From: Myxococcota bacterium
Lineage (GTDB): Bacteria > Myxococcota_A > Polyangia > Polyangiales > Sandaracinaceae
DNA: 64,000 nucleotides
NCBI GenBank assembly: GCA_036149055.1
Contig: JAYZQJ010000209.1
Location: 1-64,000, forward strand
Reading direction: 5' to 3'
Under the pieces are notes generated by a model. It was not told where the DNA came from, did no database searches, and saw nothing but the letters and a program-made list of their open reading frames with translations. Position 1 is the first letter of the stretch. Each line of letters opens with the position of its first letter. The translations under genes and the position numbers were made by a program. Shown piece by piece: positions 57,276 to 64,000 of this stretch.

Positions 57276-57983
57276 GTGACCCACCCCATCCACAGAGTCT
57301 GCATCGTCGGCGCGTCCGGAAAGCTCGGTCAGTACATGGTCGAGCACTGCCTCGAGCGCGGCTACGAGGTGGTCGGCGTCTGCCGGGAGGAGAGCGTCGG
57401 CAAGCTCGCGCGGTTCGCCGACCGCATGACCGTCGTCCCGGGCTACACCAACGATCCGGCGGTGATCGCGCGGGCCGTGCGGGGATGTGACGGCGTCCTG
57501 ACCGTGCTCGCGCCGTGGGGCGTGCAGCAGTACTCGTCCGGGACCGCGCAGGCGGTGCTCGACCACGCGGAGCCGCATGCCCGGCTGGTGTTCTCCTGCG
57601 GCTGGCACATCACCCGCGACGGCGAGGACGTCTACTCGCCGCTGTTCCTCTGGATCCTGGCCATCGCCGCGTGGATCGCGAAGCTCGTGCGTTTCGCGGA
57701 GATCGACGACCAGGTGGAGGCGTGCCGCCGCATCTTCGAGAGCGACCGCGCGTGGACGGTGGTCCGGGGCAGCGACCTCGAGGAGGGCGAGAGCCAGGGC
57801 CTCCCCGTGTGGAGCGAGCACGTCGGCGACCCGATCCTCGAGAGCAACAAGACGCGCCGTATCGACTTCGCCCTCTTCATGGTCCACGCGCTGACCGACC
57901 CGGCGCTCGTCCGGCAAGTCCCCGCCATCAACGGCTGCCAGACGCCCTCCGCCCTCGCCCACACCGAGCTCGCCGCCGCGTGA
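57276..57983 (+). CDS. NAD(P)-binding Rossmann protein (flavin reductase/NmrA-like)
   Basis: IVGASGKLG, WTVVR and TRRIDFA. GTG after AAGGAG, divergent from the LysR gene. Confidence 0.88.
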   Translation: MTHPIHRVCIVGASGKLGQYMVEHCLERGYEVVGVCREESVGKLARFADRMTVVPGYTNDPAVIARAVRGCDGVLTVLAPWGVQQYSSGTAQAVLDHAEPHARLVFSCGWHITRDGEDVYSPLFLWILAIAAWIAKLVRFAEIDDQVEACRRIFESDRAWTVVRGSDLEEGESQGLPVWSEHVGDPILESNKTRRIDFALFMVHALTDPALVRQVPAINGCQTPSALAHTELAAA

Positions 57984-57998
57984 TCCGAGGCAGAAGCT

Positions 57999-58070
57999 TC
58001 GGGGACGATCCTATTCAATCATCGAACTCGGGGACGATCCTATTCAAACCATCGAACTCGCAGGGGGACG
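57999..58070 (+). repeat. About 2.3 tandem copies of a 29-30 bp unit
   Basis: TCGGGGACGATCCTATTCAATCATCGAAC / TCGGGGACGATCCTATTCAAACCATCGAAC / TCGCAGGGGGACG. Confidence 0.9.
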
Positions 58071-58105
58071 GCGCAACCGATGGAGTGACGGGCCGAGTAC
58101 CGGTC

Positions 58106-58999
58106 ATGCCTCGACGACGAAGGAGCTGGGTGCCGGGCGCAGGTGCACATTCGATCTCACGGTTCGTGGACCGCGGGTTCCGGGTGGTCGACCGAGCAGA
58201 CTTCGATTCCTTGATGGACGCCATCGGCCGTGCGACCGAACGCTGGGACTGGACGTGGCTTTCCTTCGCCGCGATGTCGAGTCACCTGCACTACGGTCAC
58301 TTGGCTGGGCAGATGGACCCGGACCCCTTCTTTCGGTCGGTCCACACTCGCTTTGCCGTTCGGTATCATCGGCGCCCGGGGCGAGAGACCCTCGGGCCGG
58401 TGTTCGCGGGACGCCCGGAGATCCATCCCATTCGCGAGGGGACGCTCGCGCAATTGGTCGCGTACCACCACCGCAACCCGTCGGAGGCGAACATGGTGAG
58501 GTTGCCGCGCGATTCGCACCGGACCAGCCACCGCTTCTACCTCCGGCTGGACGAGCCTCCGCCGTGGCTCGACGTGGAACGATGTCTGGAGCTGCTCGGC
58601 TTCCGAGACACCGCTGCCGGCCGAGAGCGCTTCGATCAGTTCGTGAACGAGGTGGACCTGTCCGACCGGCCCTGGGACCGAAGGGAGGCTGCCGCGTTGC
58701 GGGAGAAGGCCGTCCGGAGCGGCGGGGAGAACGTGGACTGGGCGCGAATCATCGGAGTGGCGCGGGCGGTCGCGCGCGTGCCGCAGGGGGTTCCGCTCAC
58801 GAGTCGATGTCCGGCGGCGGTCGAGGCGCGGCTCCTCGTCGCGATGGTCGCCACGAGAGCGCTGGGCCAGACCTGCTCCGCGGTCGCCTTGGCGCTGGGG
58901 ATGACGGCGGGCGGCGTTTCGAACCTGCTCACACGAAAGGCTTCGCAGAGCACGGGGGCTTACCATCGGATGGTCGAGGCCCTGGAGATCGATGAATGA
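58106..58999 (+). CDS. REP-associated tyrosine transposase-like (Y1 HUH) with C-terminal HTH
   Basis: MPRRRR..PG..H..SR, AMSSHLH (HUH), GPVFAGR and YHHRNP (catalytic Tyr). C-terminal SAVALALGMTAGGVSNL HTH. Codon usage appears less GC3-biased than neighbours. Confidence 0.85.
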   Translation: MPRRRRSWVPGAGAHSISRFVDRGFRVVDRADFDSLMDAIGRATERWDWTWLSFAAMSSHLHYGHLAGQMDPDPFFRSVHTRFAVRYHRRPGRETLGPVFAGRPEIHPIREGTLAQLVAYHHRNPSEANMVRLPRDSHRTSHRFYLRLDEPPPWLDVERCLELLGFRDTAAGRERFDQFVNEVDLSDRPWDRREAAALREKAVRSGGENVDWARIIGVARAVARVPQGVPLTSRCPAAVEARLLVAMVATRALGQTCSAVALALGMTAGGVSNLLTRKASQSTGAYHRMVEALEIDE

Positions 59000-59322
59000 A
59001 TAGGATCGTCCCCGGGTCCCTAAATGGTGTCGAGTGGCTCGAGCCGTGGAGGCCGGTCGACGCCAAGCTCCGAGAGACTGCCGAGCGGGAGCTGGGGCGT
59101 GAGCTCGTGCGAGGACATCCGCTCCATGGACGCGAGTGCCGTTGCGTGGCGGCGGGCGACGTCGACGATGTGCTGTTCATCGTCGACGGTGAGGCGCTGG
59201 CGATCGTGCACCTCACCTGGAGCCGTGAGCGCGATCCTCGGTGGCCCTCGACGCGTCTCCTGCCGGACGTTCAGGCGTTCGTGGCGGAGATGCGCAGGGA
59301 CCACGCCGAGCTCGATGAATGA
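58996..59322 (+). CDS. Small hypothetical protein (EL.RE..GHPL, DDVLF, VHLTW motifs) between direct repeats
   Basis: The start ATG and stop TGA both lie inside the 26-bp repeat copies. Confidence 0.7.
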   Translation: MNRIVPGSLNGVEWLEPWRPVDAKLRETAERELGRELVRGHPLHGRECRCVAAGDVDDVLFIVDGEALAIVHLTWSRERDPRWPSTRLLPDVQAFVAEMRRDHAELDE

Positions 59323-59337
59323 ATAGGATCGTCCCCG

Positions 59338-62964
<3,627 letters not shown>

Positions 62965-63177
62965 GGGGGAAGGCGTGATGGTGAACGAGCGAGCAGGTCC
63001 CGGCAATGGACGCCGTGAGGGAGCCCGGGCGCCGACTGGACGCGCGCTCGAAATCATGCAGGTTTCGCGACGGCGGCCGGTCGGTCCTCACGATCGGCGC
63101 CGCACCTTGCGCGCCCCGCGGCGCGCGTGCTAGGTAGCCCGGCCCGGCGCAAGACGAGCGCCCTCAGGAGTAGAACG

Positions 63178-63510
63178 ATGAAGGCTTCCCCCCTCGCGCA
63201 GGTCAAGGACCAGTTCGGTTCCAAGGAGGACCTGGTGAAGGCCGTCAAGGACCTCGCCACGGACGACCTCTTCCTCGACCGCGTCAACGACGACAAGGGC
63301 CTCGAGCGGGTCTCGAACAAGAAGCTGCTCCACCTCCACGCGGTGCTGACCGAGGTGAAGGAGATGGGCGGCCGCGACAAGCTGATCGGCGAGATCTGCG
63401 ACGTCGAGAACCGGAAGGACGAGGGCTACAAGGAGCGCCTCGGCCGCTGGCCCACGCCCCGCCTGCTCGACTGGTACAAGTCGGCCAAGAAGCGCGCGGC
63501 CAAGGCCTGA
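63178..63510 (+). CDS. Small Lys-rich hypothetical protein
   Basis: AGGAG SD, MKASPLAQVKDQFGSKEDLV..., strong codon bias and own terminator. Confidence 0.8.
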   Translation: MKASPLAQVKDQFGSKEDLVKAVKDLATDDLFLDRVNDDKGLERVSNKKLLHLHAVLTEVKEMGGRDKLIGEICDVENRKDEGYKERLGRWPTPRLLDWYKSAKKRAAKA

Positions 63511-63529
63511 GCCCCCGAACGTCGACGAG

Positions 63530-63561
63530 AAGCCTCGGCCTCGCGTAGGTCGGGGCTTTTT
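63530..63561 (+). terminator. Rho-independent terminator
   Basis: AAGCCTCGGCCT-CGCGT-AGGTCGGGGCTT followed by a T run. Confidence 0.8.
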
Positions 63562-63638
63562 GCGTTGGATCTCGTGCCTTTGTCGGCGCTACCCTTCGTC
63601 GGCCCGAACATCCGGGCGCGCCCAGTGTCCGAGGAGAC

Positions 63639-64000
63639 GTGACCGAGGCTCACATGCAGGACGAGACGGTGGACCCGGAGCTGTTGATGCTCCCGGAGCC
63701 CCCGCGCGGTCGGCGGGTGCTGACCCTGGTGATGATGGCCCTGGTGGTCGTCCTGGCGGCCACGCTCGCGCTCTCGCTCCGGCACGAGATCTCGTTCTTC
63801 TTCTCGGACCCGCAGACGATCGAGCTGGGCGACGTGACCGAGCTCGATCCGGCCGATCTCCGCTCGAACTCCATGGTCCGGGTCGAGGGCACGCCGATGC
63901 TCAGCCGGGCGATCCGCTACCGGCGCGTCCTGACCGGCGCCGAGCACGTGCTCTTCCCGCTCGCCGGCCAGCGCACGGTGTACGTGCAGGTCGACGCGCA
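63639..64000 (+). CDS. Membrane-anchored hypothetical protein (partial, runs off the window)
   Basis: GAGGAG SD then GTG. DPELLMLPEPPRGRR followed by a TM helix. The frame is open to the end. Confidence 0.7.
   Translation, partial: MTEAHMQDETVDPELLMLPEPPRGRRVLTLVMMALVVVLAATLALSLRHEISFFFSDPQTIELGDVTELDPADLRSNSMVRVEGTPMLSRAIRYRRVLTGAEHVLFPLAGQRTVYVQVDA

Larger units (their letters stand above)
57999..59337. mobile_element. Y1/HUH transposase locus bounded by inverted 18-26 bp repeats, with a passenger cassette
   Basis: CGGGGACGATCCTATTCA at 58000-58017 and 58029-58046. Its reverse complement lies at 58997-59014 and 59320-59337. Confidence 0.75.

Noticed and set aside
57999..58070. CRISPR mini-array
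   Set aside because: The units are contiguous with no unique spacers and no cas genes are present. The same motif recurs inverted beyond the transposase.
11350..58160. Further GATCGAAT matches near 11370, 53010 and 58152 (minus strand) as ECF promoters
   Set aside because: They lack GGGCACTC at the 10-nt spacing and lie within coding regions.

Overview
Very GC-rich window that looks like a myxobacterium of the Polyangiales/Sandaracinaceae type. This is inferred from MYXO-CTERM-like tails, Cys-rich lipoproteins and four eukaryote-like Ser/Thr kinases. It carries about 65 CDSs, tRNA-Lys(TTT), tRNA-Glu(TTC) and dnaE. All product calls come from motif reading and recall, not database searches. 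Highlights: (1) a 43-52 kb module with an ECF sigma factor, no anti-sigma, and a coupled Ser/Thr kinase-ATPase. Three identically spaced copies of GYGATCGAAT-N10-GGGCACTC precede three Cys-rich lipoproteins, one of which is coupled to a secreted tri-zinc phospholipase C/P1-fold enzyme followed by a SUFU-like gene. (2) A HUH/Y1 (RAYT-like) transposase bracketed by four copies of an 18-26 bp repeat; two copies flank a 323-bp passenger cassette and supply its start and stop codons. (3) A decaying tRNA-adjacent island of orphan immunity-like genes and gene remnants. (4) A repeated leaderless-transcript signature. (5) A 77-bp fold-back at the window start that is probably an assembly artefact.
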